Origin: a bacterium
GTDB lineage: Bacteria > Patescibacteriota > Minisyncoccia > UBA6257 > JAGOQP01
Direction of reading: 5' to 3'
DNA length: 52,652 bases
Assembly: GCA_021844025.1 (NCBI GenBank)
Contig: JAKBUF010000001.1
Location: forward strand, 1 to 52,652
The stretch's first letter is position 1, and every line of letters begins with the position of its first letter. The notes under the pieces are model-generated. The model saw only the letters and a list, made by a program, of their open reading frames with translations, was not told the origin of the DNA and made no database searches. Shown in pieces: positions 8,177 to 16,859 of the stretch. The position numbers and the translations under genes are program-made.

Positions 8177-10766
8177 TGATTTCTCGTTTTATAAGCTTAT
8201 CTGCTAGTTTATCAAGAATTTGCTTTTGAATCACGCGTTTAATGGGGCGGGCGCCAAATAATGGGTCGTATCCTTCTTGCGCAATATATTTTTTAACCCC
8301 CGCATCAACCTCCACCCGGAACCCTTTGTCTGCCATTTTTTGTAGGACCATTTGCTCAATTTGAATGTCTACAATGCGCGCAATATCTTTTGGTGAAAGC
8401 GGATTAAATATAATAATTTCATCTAACCGATTCAGAAACTCCGGACGGAATTGATCTTTGAGTGAATCAAGAATTTTTTCTCGAACCGCTTCGGTGTTGT
8501 GTTTCTTTTTTTGTTCTTCGGTTTGACCACTTTCAAAACCCAGTGGAGTTGAGCGATCCATAAAGAATTCGCTTCCGGCGTTTGAGGTAAGAATAATAAT
8601 ACTATTTTTGAAGTTGGTGGTTTTTCCTTTAGCATCGGTTAAGCGACCATTGTCTAACACTTGCAACAGAATATTAAACACCTCAGGGTGCGCTTTTTCT
8701 ATTTCATCAAACAAAATCAAACTGTATGGGCGGTGACGAATGGTTTCAGTTAAGTATCCTCCCTCTTCATAGCCCACGTATCCTGGAGGAGAACCTATAA
8801 GTTTTGATACCGCGTGTTTTTCCATAAACTCAGACATATCTACTCGCACCAACGCTTTTTCGTCGTTAAACATAAACTGCGCCAGCGCGCGCGCCAGCTC
8901 TGTTTTTCCCACTCCGGTGGGCCCCAAGAACATAAATGAACCAAGTGGTTTATTTTCATCAGAAAGTCCGGCACGCGCTCGGCGCAATGCCCGGGCAATT
9001 TCTCCTACTGCTTCATCTTGCCCCACCACTCGTTTTTTAAGAGTCTCTTCAATGTGAATTAACTTTTCAGATTCCGACTCCAACATTTTTGACACCGGCA
9101 CTCCAGTCCACCGAGCAACCACGTGCGCAATATCTTCTTCATCAACCGATTCTTTTATAAATGAGGTTTGTTTGGGTGCTTGTTTCTTTGCTTGTTTGCG
9201 CTCAATGGTGCGTAATTCTTTTTCTTTTGCGGGAATTTCTCCGTACAAAATACGCGCCACTCGTTCAAAATTACCCTCACGTTCCTGTGTTTGTGCTTCT
9301 TGTTTCAGGGCCTCTATGGCACGCTGTAACACACTCACGTTCTCAAATGAGTCTTTTTCTGTTTTCCACGCGGTGTATAACTTGTCGCTTTCCGCTTTTA
9401 ATTTTGCAATTTGTCTTTCAATTTCTTTTACTCGTGTTGTTTGCGCGGTTTTACTTTTTTCTCCCGCAATTGCCGATTTTTCTATTTCTAATCGAGTAAG
9501 TTCTCTACGCATTTTTTCAACCTCCGCGGGAACACTGTCCGATTCCAATTTGCACGCCGCAGCGGCTTCATCAATTAAATCAATAGCTTTATCGGGTAAG
9601 AATCGATCAGTTAAATATCGAGCTGATAATTGTACCGCGGCAACGATCGCACCATCAGCAATACGAATACCATGGTGTAGTTCATATTTTTCTTTCAGTC
9701 CTCGCAGAATAGAAATACTATCTTCGGTGGTTGGTTCATCAACCATAATAGGTTGGAACCGACGCTCCAATGCCGCATCTTTTTCAATGTGTTTCTGATA
9801 TTCCTTTATAGTCGTTGCTCCAATAGCACGCAGTTCTCCCCGGGCCAATGCGGGTTTTAATAAATTAGATGCATCTACTGCTCCTTCGGCCGCACCCGCT
9901 CCCACAATCATATGAATTTCATCAATAAACAAAATTAATTTCCCCGCTGAATTTTGTATTTCTTTCATAAACGCCTTCAAGCGGTCTTCAAAATCTCCGC
10001 GAAACTTTGTTCCCGCAATTAATGATCCCAAATCTAACATAACAATTTCTTTTCCCTTTAAGCTCTCGGGGACCTCATTATGCACAATACGCTGCGCCAA
10101 CCCTTCTACAATTGCCGTTTTTCCTACTCCTGGTTCGCCAATTAATACGGGGTTGTTTTTAGTACGGCGAGAAAGCACCTGAATTAAGCGGCGTAATTCT
10201 TCGTCGCGCCCAATAACGGGGTCTAATTTATTTTCCCGGGCTCGCTGAGTAAGATTAATAGAATATTTTTCAAGTACTTGAAACTTGTTTTCGGGGGTTT
10301 CGTCGGTTACCCGCGAAGACCCGCGAATTTCATCAAATACCCGGTTCGCGGTTTCTTTATCAAATCCCATACGCGCTAATAATTGTGTAGCTGAAGATTG
10401 CGCGTGAGTAATAGCTAACAATAAATGTTCACAGGAAATAAATTCATCCTTTTTGGTAAGTGCAATTTTTGAAGCGCGGTCTAAAATTAAAATGAGTTCC
10501 TGCGATAAATATAATTGCCCCACCGATTGTGTTTGAGAAAACACTTTGGGCTGTTTCTCAAGATCTTGTTCTATTTCTCTTCCTAATAAATCCAAGTCCA
10601 CCCCTGCCTTTATTAACATGGGGTGTACGAGTGATTGTTTATCCATAACTAGCGCTGCAAGTAAGTGAGCAGCACGCAACTCGCCGCTGTTTTTCTCGGC
10701 GGCTATTTCCTGAGCGTTTTGAAGCGCTTCCTGCGCTTTTATAGTAAATCGGTTAAAGTTTGCCAT
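8118..10766 (-). CDS. clpB: ATP-dependent chaperone/disaggregase ClpB
   Basis: 882 aa with a Clp_N domain, two AAA+ modules ([18 protein letters not shown]), a long middle coiled-coil and a ClpB_D2-small C-terminus. Confidence 0.95.
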   Translation of the reverse strand: MANFNRFTIKAQEALQNAQEIAAEKNSGELRAAHLLAALVMDKQSLVHPMLIKAGVDLDLLGREIEQDLEKQPKVFSQTQSVGQLYLSQELILILDRASKIALTKKDEFISCEHLLLAITHAQSSATQLLARMGFDKETANRVFDEIRGSSRVTDETPENKFQVLEKYSINLTQRARENKLDPVIGRDEELRRLIQVLSRRTKNNPVLIGEPGVGKTAIVEGLAQRIVHNEVPESLKGKEIVMLDLGSLIAGTKFRGDFEDRLKAFMKEIQNSAGKLILFIDEIHMIVGAGAAEGAVDASNLLKPALARGELRAIGATTIKEYQKHIEKDAALERRFQPIMVDEPTTEDSISILRGLKEKYELHHGIRIADGAIVAAVQLSARYLTDRFLPDKAIDLIDEAAAACKLESDSVPAEVEKMRRELTRLEIEKSAIAGEKSKTAQTTRVKEIERQIAKLKAESDKLYTAWKTEKDSFENVSVLQRAIEALKQEAQTQEREGNFERVARILYGEIPAKEKELRTIERKQAKKQAPKQTSFIKESVDEEDIAHVVARWTGVPVSKMLESESEKLIHIEETLKKRVVGQDEAVGEIARALRRARAGLSDENKPLGSFMFLGPTGVGKTELARALAQFMFNDEKALVRVDMSEFMEKHAVSKLIGSPPGYVGYEEGGYLTETIRHRPYSLILFDEIEKAHPEVFNILLQVLDNGRLTDAKGKTTNFKNSIIILTSNAGSEFFMDRSTPLGFESGQTEEQKKKHNTEAVREKILDSLKDQFRPEFLNRLDEIIIFNPLSPKDIARIVDIQIEQMVLQKMADKGFRVEVDAGVKKYIAQEGYDPLFGARPIKRVIQKQILDKLADKLIKREINDRKKVKISFSTSHTITVA

Positions 10767-10797
10767 ATCGGTTGTTCAGTTTTACTGCTAATCTAAC

Positions 10798-10814
10798 ACT
10801 CTTAGTATAAGAGT
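10798..10814. promoter_or_regulatory. Perfect 7-3-7 inverted repeat centred on a TATACT -10 upstream of clpB (candidate heat-shock operator)
   Basis: actctta-gta-taagagt. The minus-strand TATACT lies at 10809-10804, 37 nt upstream of the clpB ATG. Confidence 0.35.
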
Positions 10815-10837
10815 TTTTTTATCTTCCGCAATACGTG

Positions 10838-10925
10838 CCCAGTAGTGAAACCCACTTCATTATTTTCACGAAGTGCACCCACTTCGCCATAGCTTCAGCG
10901 AGGCGAGTGGGTTTCTACTACTGGG
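10838..10925. repeat. TIR-hairpin repeat family copy (long form)
   Basis: cccagtagtgaaaccca...tgggtttctactactggg with internal ttcacgaagtgca, which is shared with copy 31604-31668. Confidence 0.65.
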
Positions 10926-10986
10926 TTGACTATCATATTGCATTCACAAGAGATGAATTGAAAAATATGGTGTTTGATATTTAATC

Positions 10987-11018
10987 AAAAGCGACAAATT
11001 GTGTCGCTTTTATTTTTT
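10987..11018. terminator. Bidirectional intrinsic terminator (downstream of htrA-like gene)
   Basis: aaaagcgaca-aattg-tgtcgctttt with an A-run before it and a T-run after it. Confidence 0.6.
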
Positions 11019-11033
11019 AAAATTGCTATACAT

Positions 11034-11066
11034 CTTGATAACCTTAGAACTTTATACTTGATAACT
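11034..11066. repeat. CTTGATAAC...CTTGATAACT element, copy 1
   Basis: cttgataaccttagaactttatacttgataact abuts the htrA stop codon. A second copy at 46674-46707 abuts another stop codon. Confidence 0.6.
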
Positions 11067-11068
11067 AA

Positions 11069-12367
11069 TTATTCTTTTCTTTCTCCTAGTTTCACACTTA
11101 CCTGAACCTGTTTGTCTCCTCGTTGAATATCTAGCTGTACCGTATCTCCGGGATTTTTTTGAGAAATAATATATGCAAGAGAAGTGTTTATATTCAATTT
11201 CTGCCCGTCTATAGCGGTAATAACATCTCCTTCGCGAATGCCTGCTTGCGCGGCAGGAGAGTTTGGTTCTACTGCTAACGAGTCGGTATTTCCTTTAATA
11301 AACGCTCCCTCTGTTACCGACAGACTATATTTTTTAGCCACATCTTCATTTAACATTACGTACCGAACGCCTAGGTATGCAGCGTGAATTTTTCCTCCTT
11401 GTACTACCGTTTCTACCGATCTTTTAATGGCATTTACCGGAATAGCAAACCCAATACTCTGCGCCCCCGAAACCATGGCGGTATTAATACCAATCACATT
11501 TCCGTTAATATCTAAAAGCGGACCCCCGGAATTTCCTGGGTTTATAGCCGCATCAATTTGAATTACGTTATCAATGGTTTCTGAACCCAAACCACTCTCA
11601 TCAGAAGCGGTAACTTGCCTAGCGAGTCCAGACACCACCCCCACTGAAACCGTGTTTCTGAATTCTCCCAATGCGTTACCAATTGCAATAGCGGTTTGCC
11701 CCAACTGTATGCCATCCGAGTTTCCTAGTCGCAAAGTTGGAAAATTTGACCCTTCTATTTTTACAATCGCCACATCTAATGAGGGGTGCCGTGCCACAAC
11801 GGTTGCTTTATATTTTTTTCCATCATTGGTAAGTACGGTATATTCTGCTTTGGTATCACTTACGACATGTTTATTGGTCACAATATATCCATCAGACGAA
11901 ACAATAAAACCAGATCCTCCGCCCACATCTTTTTTCTCCGTTCCTTTTTGGCAAGGTTGAGAAAACTGTTGTCCAAAATCAAAACCAAAAAATTGCTGAA
12001 ATTCGGGTGGTAAATTATCAAACGGACTATTTGACGGACATTGTTCAATAATAGGAACATTCTTTGAGATAGTAATGGCAACCACCGCGGGGTCTGATTT
12101 TTTAACCACACTGGTAATAAGCTGGTCATGTGGGTCCAGTGAAGGTGTTGCATTTTCTGGCGCTGGCATGGTGGTAGAGTTGGAATTTAACCAGTCATTC
12201 TGTGTGTAAAAATTCTGCACCAAGACCTGATGTAATTTACCCACCAACCCCCCCTGCGCAGGAATTTCATATACCGCTAAAAAGCCAATCACCAGAACCA
12301 GCAAGGTGATTTTTATATACCGACGGAGCCGACGATTATGTTCTATAATAAATTCTTTATATTCCAT
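11069..12367 (-). CDS. HtrA/DegP-family serine protease with C-terminal PDZ domain
   Basis: Catalytic triad context (TNKHVV, D, GNSGGPLL), an N-terminal TM anchor and a PDZ-like C-terminus. Confidence 0.9.
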   Translation of the reverse strand: MEYKEFIIEHNRRLRRYIKITLLVLVIGFLAVYEIPAQGGLVGKLHQVLVQNFYTQNDWLNSNSTTMPAPENATPSLDPHDQLITSVVKKSDPAVVAITISKNVPIIEQCPSNSPFDNLPPEFQQFFGFDFGQQFSQPCQKGTEKKDVGGGSGFIVSSDGYIVTNKHVVSDTKAEYTVLTNDGKKYKATVVARHPSLDVAIVKIEGSNFPTLRLGNSDGIQLGQTAIAIGNALGEFRNTVSVGVVSGLARQVTASDESGLGSETIDNVIQIDAAINPGNSGGPLLDINGNVIGINTAMVSGAQSIGFAIPVNAIKRSVETVVQGGKIHAAYLGVRYVMLNEDVAKKYSLSVTEGAFIKGNTDSLAVEPNSPAAQAGIREGDVITAIDGQKLNINTSLAYIISQKNPGDTVQLDIQRGDKQVQVSVKLGERKE

Positions 12368-12528
12368 ATACCCAGTAAAAGTTATAACACACTGATATTA
12401 TAGTATACGGAAAAACAAGATAAAGGTTTCAATTGATCGGTAGTATGGGGTTCGTATTATGTATTATAAACTAGAAATTTTATATTTTAATATTCCAATC
12501 TTCCTTAATACCTAATACGTAATACAAT

Positions 12529-13695
12529 TTATTTCTTCTGACTATTCTCTATAATTAATTTTAGTTTTTCAACTAGCACATCTATTTCTTTTTTGGTGGT
12601 TTGTTTCCCAAAACTAATGCGCAGACTTTCTTGCGCCTGGGTGATAGATGCCCCCAGCGCTTGCAACACACGAGAAGGAGCTACGCTCTGTTGTGAGCAT
12701 GCCGCCCCACTAGAAACCGCAATTCCTTCCAAATCTAACGCAATATCTGGACGCACTACTCCCGGAAGATACAGTGACACCATGTGTGGACTCATATATT
12801 CATCGCTTCCATAAAACTGAATGTGGGGAATGTGTTTTTGTAATTGTTCTTTAATATATGTGTGTAATTGTTTTAGATGTTCCGTTTCCTTGTCTTGGTT
12901 TTTTAAAATTTGTTTTATTGCTTCTGCGCATCCCACGATTCTGTCTGTTGATTCGGTTCCTGACCACCATCCATTCTCTTGCCCCCCTCCTTGTACTAAC
13001 GTGTCTAATAGTGGATTTTGCGGCATAACTAACACCCCCACTCCGGTTGGCCCATATAGTTTATGAGCTGATATTGTTATGAAATCAGATCCTTGTATTT
13101 CTGAAAGTGATACGTGCCCAATTCCCTGCACTGCGTCTGTGTGAAAAAATGGGTATACAGTCTGATGTTTTGCGCGATATTCATGTAATACTTTTATAAT
13201 TTCTTGGGTTGGTTGCATGATTCCGGTTTCGTTATTTACCCATTGTACGGACACCAGCGCGGTACGCGCGGAAATTTGTTCTACAAGCTTACGCGGAGAA
13301 ATTTGTCCATTGGTATCTACGGAAAGAATGGTAAGTATAATTTCTTCATCACGCTCCAGCGCACGGGCAACTTCGTATACCGATGCATGTTCCAAAGGAG
13401 AAATAATAATTTCTGGAGTAATGTTAGGAAATAATTTTTTAAAGCGCTGCACGACTCCCCGTAATACCAAATTATTTGCCGCCGTTGCTGAAGGAGTAAA
13501 AACTATCTGCTCTTGCGCATAACTAAATACTTCTGCAATATCGTTTCGCGCTTGGTCTATAAACCCGCGCATAATTTGCCCCTCTTGGTGGATGCTGTTG
13601 GGGTTACCGGTGTGTTCTTGCACCTCATGCATTGCTTCTGCTACATGCGGATCAAGTGGTGTTGTCGCGGCGTAGTCTAAATAGATTCGAGTCAT
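12529..13695 (-). CDS. Cysteine desulfurase (class V aminotransferase, NifS/IscS-like)
   Basis: PLP-lysine motif SAHKLYGPTGVGVL and active-site loop SSGAACS. Confidence 0.85.
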   Translation of the reverse strand: MTRIYLDYAATTPLDPHVAEAMHEVQEHTGNPNSIHQEGQIMRGFIDQARNDIAEVFSYAQEQIVFTPSATAANNLVLRGVVQRFKKLFPNITPEIIISPLEHASVYEVARALERDEEIILTILSVDTNGQISPRKLVEQISARTALVSVQWVNNETGIMQPTQEIIKVLHEYRAKHQTVYPFFHTDAVQGIGHVSLSEIQGSDFITISAHKLYGPTGVGVLVMPQNPLLDTLVQGGGQENGWWSGTESTDRIVGCAEAIKQILKNQDKETEHLKQLHTYIKEQLQKHIPHIQFYGSDEYMSPHMVSLYLPGVVRPDIALDLEGIAVSSGAACSQQSVAPSRVLQALGASITQAQESLRISFGKQTTKKEIDVLVEKLKLIIENSQKK

Positions 13696-13701
13696 GAAAT
13701 T

Positions 13702-13707
13702 AGTATA
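13702..13707 (-). promoter_or_regulatory. TATACT -10 box 6 nt upstream of the desulfurase ATG (leaderless-type)
   Basis: The minus strand reads ctcTATACTaatttcATG. No SD is possible. Confidence 0.4.
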
Positions 13708-13990
13708 GAGGAGAAAAGAAAAAGTATAAAGCGCGGGTGGTGTGTTTTAAAATTGAACATACCGTGTGTTAATTCTGACTCATAAAAATTCCACAGATTC
13801 AAATGTATGTTCTCTATATATTTCTTATCTGTTTGAGTATGTGGATTATAATTCATATGATAAATAGATCATATTCTATAGACATATTAGGGTTTAAGAG
13901 GTAGCACGGCGAGGATATTTACATATGTATTATGGTGTGATTTAATGATGTCAGCAAACCACCAAAATAACTAAGGTCTAAGAGGCTACA

Positions 13991-14317
13991 ATGATTAGAA
14001 AGGTTAGAAAAATACTAAAGGGTTATCTTGATATACCCGAAAATGTTTTGGAGACTATAATTGATCTTTTTAAAAAGGGAGTGTCCACCAGTGTTGTTAT
14101 TTTTGTAGATGACGGTCTGGAAAAAAATTCCGACGTAAAGACAACGTGCGAATATTTTTCGGGGCTCAAGAGATTAGATTGGTTTAATAAGAAATTAATG
14201 CAGGCAGGAGTTTACAAAAGTGTTGGAGTTCAGACAAAACTAATCAAGATGTACTGGAAACACGTGCTGATACTAAAACCAATTAAAACTAAAACAATTG
14301 TCACCTGGACGCATTAA
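13991..14317 (+). CDS. Hypothetical protein
   Basis: 108-aa ORF with an AGAGG RBS and a strong terminator downstream. Confidence 0.45.
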   Translation: MIRKVRKILKGYLDIPENVLETIIDLFKKGVSTSVVIFVDDGLEKNSDVKTTCEYFSGLKRLDWFNKKLMQAGVYKSVGVQTKLIKMYWKHVLILKPIKTKTIVTWTH

Positions 14318-14358
14318 TCTTGAATGGAAACTTACCCACATGGTTAGGATTAACTGTT

Positions 14359-14387
14359 AAAACCCCCGTTATCGGGGGTTTTGTTTT
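14359..14387 (+). terminator. Intrinsic terminator
   Basis: aacccccg-ttat-cgggggtt followed by ttgtttt. Confidence 0.7.
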
Positions 14388-14430
14388 ATCCGTGCTAATC
14401 CGTGTATAGATCTGTGTTATCCGTGTCTTG

Positions 14431-14997
14431 TTAGAACAAGCGCTGATATAACAATCGTTCTTTCCAATCAAATGTTGCTTTTTCTGGTTCGGGGCCATTA
14501 CGAGTGGGCACTAATAGAAAACCTTGTTTCTTGCCCATATCATATAATTCTTTAGTCACTTTCACGTCGTTCAAACAATATTTTTTTAATTCTTCCATTT
14601 TCCCCTCCCCGTATAAAATTGGCGCGTCCATGCCGTGCCCTGTTTTTCCGTATCCTAAGTTCTGCTTTGCGAGTAAATCTAAACTAATGCGTTTACCAAT
14701 TTGTAATTCAATTTCATCTAAAATATCAGTGCGCGGAATTGCAAACAAATCAAAGTCGTAGTGCTTTGCCATAACCGGCAAGTCAAACCGCGTAATTGAA
14801 AATCCAATAAGCAGTCCAGTATTTTTCATTAATTCTCCTAATTTATCTAGCTCATGTTCATCAAACGCAATATATTTGTCTTGATTATATGAGTATGCGC
14901 CCACCACTGAAATATTTAGGCCAGTAAAATTGTCTCGTCCCACATCCGCAAATGTGTTCTTGGTTTCAATATCTATGACTACGGTATCTTTGTTCAT
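14431..14997 (-). CDS. DEDD-type 3'-5' exonuclease (RNase H-like fold, PolB-exo-like), directly downstream of the DGR RT
   Basis: ExoI VIDIETKN, ExoII GFSITRFDLPVM and ExoIII YCLNDVKVTKELY. It lies 26 nt after the RT stop on the same strand. Confidence 0.7.
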   Translation of the reverse strand: MNKDTVVIDIETKNTFADVGRDNFTGLNISVVGAYSYNQDKYIAFDEHELDKLGELMKNTGLLIGFSITRFDLPVMAKHYDFDLFAIPRTDILDEIELQIGKRISLDLLAKQNLGYGKTGHGMDAPILYGEGKMEELKKYCLNDVKVTKELYDMGKKQGFLLVPTRNGPEPEKATFDWKERLLYQRLF

Positions 14998-15023
14998 GCC
15001 GACACTGTAACGCAGAAAAATTT

Positions 15024-16064
15024 TTATGTCAAAAATCTTCTTACTCGCACCTCTGTCTTTCTATTTCTGCAGTGCGAAAGCACACCAAGATAAGAATCCA
15101 CTGTTCCATAATATGTTGTCTCTGTGATTTCTCCCTGTTTAAATTTTTTACGTGCCAATGCAAGTTTCCGAAGCATTCTCTTTTTTGTTTTGGTGCGTAG
15201 AATGACAGTGCGTGGTAGTATAACATATCCCAAAAAATCAACTCCTTGTGTGAGTTTTCTGATTTCCACCTTTGTTGGATGCAACCCAAGTAATAATTTC
15301 TCTTTCAAAAATGCCCTTATTTTCTCTTTCATTTCTTCCAAGAGTTCTCTGTTGGTGTGTACAATGACAAAATCATCACAATACCGAAAATAATGTTTCG
15401 CTTTTAATGTGTGTTTTGCGAATTGATCTAACTCATTCAAGTATATATTCGCAAATAATTGACTCGTGACATTTCCCAATGGTAGGCCTTTATCCTTTTG
15501 TTTTTCAAAACTATTAAGAATGACATCTATTAGCCACAATGTATCCGTATCACAAATTCTTTGTGTAATAAGATTTCGTAAGAGAGTATGATCTATCGTA
15601 TCAAAAAATTTTCGTATATCACATTTCAAGATATATGTGGTTTGTTTCCAGTTTTTACTCACTTTACGACACGCATTGTACAAACGTCTTACTCCTTTGT
15701 GTGTTCCTTTTTCAAGACGAGAAGAATATGAATCATAAATAAAATGTGTGTCAAAAATTTTATATAGTACACGGAAGAGCGCCTGATGCACAACCCTGTC
15801 TTTTACGTTCGCTTTATGAATGTGCCGCCGTTTAGGATCGCACACATAAAAACTTTTATACGGATCGTGGGTATATGTTTTGGTACTAAGTTGTTTGTGC
15901 AATGCAAACAAATAATCTTCGCTTCGTAACGAAAATAACGCAACGTCTTTTCGTTTTATTTTTCCGCGTTTAAATTCATTCCACGCACGCAATAAATTTG
16001 ATATACTTGCAATATGAAAAAACAAACTTGGAACGCCCCCCCCCCACGGAACCAATGACCCCAT
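15024..16064 (-). CDS. DGR reverse transcriptase
   Basis: RT motifs include LPLGNVTSQ (the [I/L]GxxxSQ signature of DGR RTs) and YCDDFVIV. The protein is short (346 aa) with no maturase or endonuclease domain. TR lies 389 nt upstream. Confidence 0.9.
   Translation of the reverse strand: MGSLVPWGGGVPSLFFHIASISNLLRAWNEFKRGKIKRKDVALFSLRSEDYLFALHKQLSTKTYTHDPYKSFYVCDPKRRHIHKANVKDRVVHQALFRVLYKIFDTHFIYDSYSSRLEKGTHKGVRRLYNACRKVSKNWKQTTYILKCDIRKFFDTIDHTLLRNLITQRICDTDTLWLIDVILNSFEKQKDKGLPLGNVTSQLFANIYLNELDQFAKHTLKAKHYFRYCDDFVIVHTNRELLEEMKEKIRAFLKEKLLLGLHPTKVEIRKLTQGVDFLGYVILPRTVILRTKTKKRMLRKLALARKKFKQGEITETTYYGTVDSYLGVLSHCRNRKTEVRVRRFLT
16036..16045. repeat. C10/G10 homopolymer in the RT/avd head-to-head overlap
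   Basis: Ten consecutive C on the plus strand. It encodes WGGG of the RT N-terminus and PPP of the avd-frame extension. Confidence 0.95.
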
Positions 16065-16140
16065 TTCGCTTATCCATACGGTAAAAAAGTTATACGCGAC
16101 AGCATATCAGATTGGCACCACTCTTTCCAAACGTGACAAA

Positions 16141-16428
16141 TTGGGTATTCATAGTGAAATTGAGAAAATTATTCTTGCGATATTACAGCTCACCACGCGA
16201 GCCTGTTTCTGCGCAAAAATACAGAAAGAACAGAAAATAAATTATCTCAAAGAAATTCGTATTTCTCTTGAGGTTTTAAAACAATTCGTACGCACGGAAT
16301 ATGAATTGCATATTATTACAGAAAAAACATATCTTATGTTTGTAGCTGTCATTATTACTTCATCTAAAGAAACAAATAATTGGCTTGCGTCACTTATAAA
16401 ACCGAGGACACAAAACCCCACTTTGTAG
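16141..16428 (+). CDS. Avd-like four-helix-bundle protein (23S rRNA IVS protein family), opposite strand to RT/TR; start unresolved
   Basis: LSKRDKLGIHSEIEKIILAIL... matches the FPKxEKFGL-xxQxxRAAxSI pattern. Similarity extends upstream to about 16066 with no in-frame ATG/GTG/TTG. ATG 16014 comes into frame if the C-run is 9. Confidence 0.7.
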   Translation: MGIHSEIEKIILAILQLTTRACFCAKIQKEQKINYLKEIRISLEVLKQFVRTEYELHIITEKTYLMFVAVIITSSKETNNWLASLIKPRTQNPTL

Positions 16429-16452
16429 TGGGGTTTATCGTGTTGAAACTTC

Positions 16453-16564
16453 TGACGGACGCCACCGCTGGAATTGTAGTTATTTACACCGTTGTAGTTC
16501 ACGTCCACCGTGTCATTGTTCGGATTCCAGTTCATGTTCGGCACGCCGCCATCAACCGTACGGG
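16453..16564 (-). repeat. DGR template repeat (TR)
   Basis: 112 nt, 98/112 identical to VR, and A-rich on the minus strand with about 10 AAY codons (NMNWNPNNDTVDVNYNGVNNYNSS). Confidence 0.9.
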
Positions 16565-16859
16565 GCATCTTTCTGTATACATTCATCTCTTACACCGACT
16601 CTCCTGTTGCCAAGATCTCTGTGTTATTCTCGTAGTTATGAGCACTGTGTTGCATCATTATGTATATGAAGTATCTATGCAAAAATATATACAGGCAGTT
16701 TCAGTATGTGGTAAATCACCATACACATTTTTTTGTGCACTGACTTTGCAACCATGTGTATAATAAAAAAGTGCTACAACTTTTGCAAGCCATAGCACAA
16801 TTTATTTTTTCTCTTTTTGTGTAAAAAGGGAAAAAAGATAAAAAGAGAAAAAAGAGAAA

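Noticed and set aside
9172-9798. Long antisense ORFs inside clpB. Similar cases are 49132-49905 in ftsH, 40300-40968 in hppA, 20951-21442 in recA and 11574-11960 in htrA.
   Set aside because: Each lies opposite a gene with unambiguous full-length homology. The translations are compositionally odd (S/C/R-rich) and lack starts with an RBS.
15024-16064. The RT could be a group II intron maturase or a retron RT.
   Set aside because: It has no X/maturase or endonuclease domain, and I saw no intron domain V/VI-like structure or msr/msd inverted repeats. The adenine-specific TR/VR pair and the LGxxxSQ motif point to a DGR.
16242-16586. 114-aa minus-strand ORF (MNVYRKMPRTVDGGVPNMNWNPNND...) that mimics the C-terminus of the DGR target.
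   Set aside because: It is the TR read in the VR frame and then runs antisense through the avd-like gene. TRs are templates and are not expected to be translated, so it is treated as the TR, not as a CDS.
16380-16763. 127-aa plus-strand ORF across the TR region.
   Set aside because: It is antisense to TR, has a low-complexity H/V-rich translation and no RBS. It overlaps the avd 3' end, so it is likely spurious.
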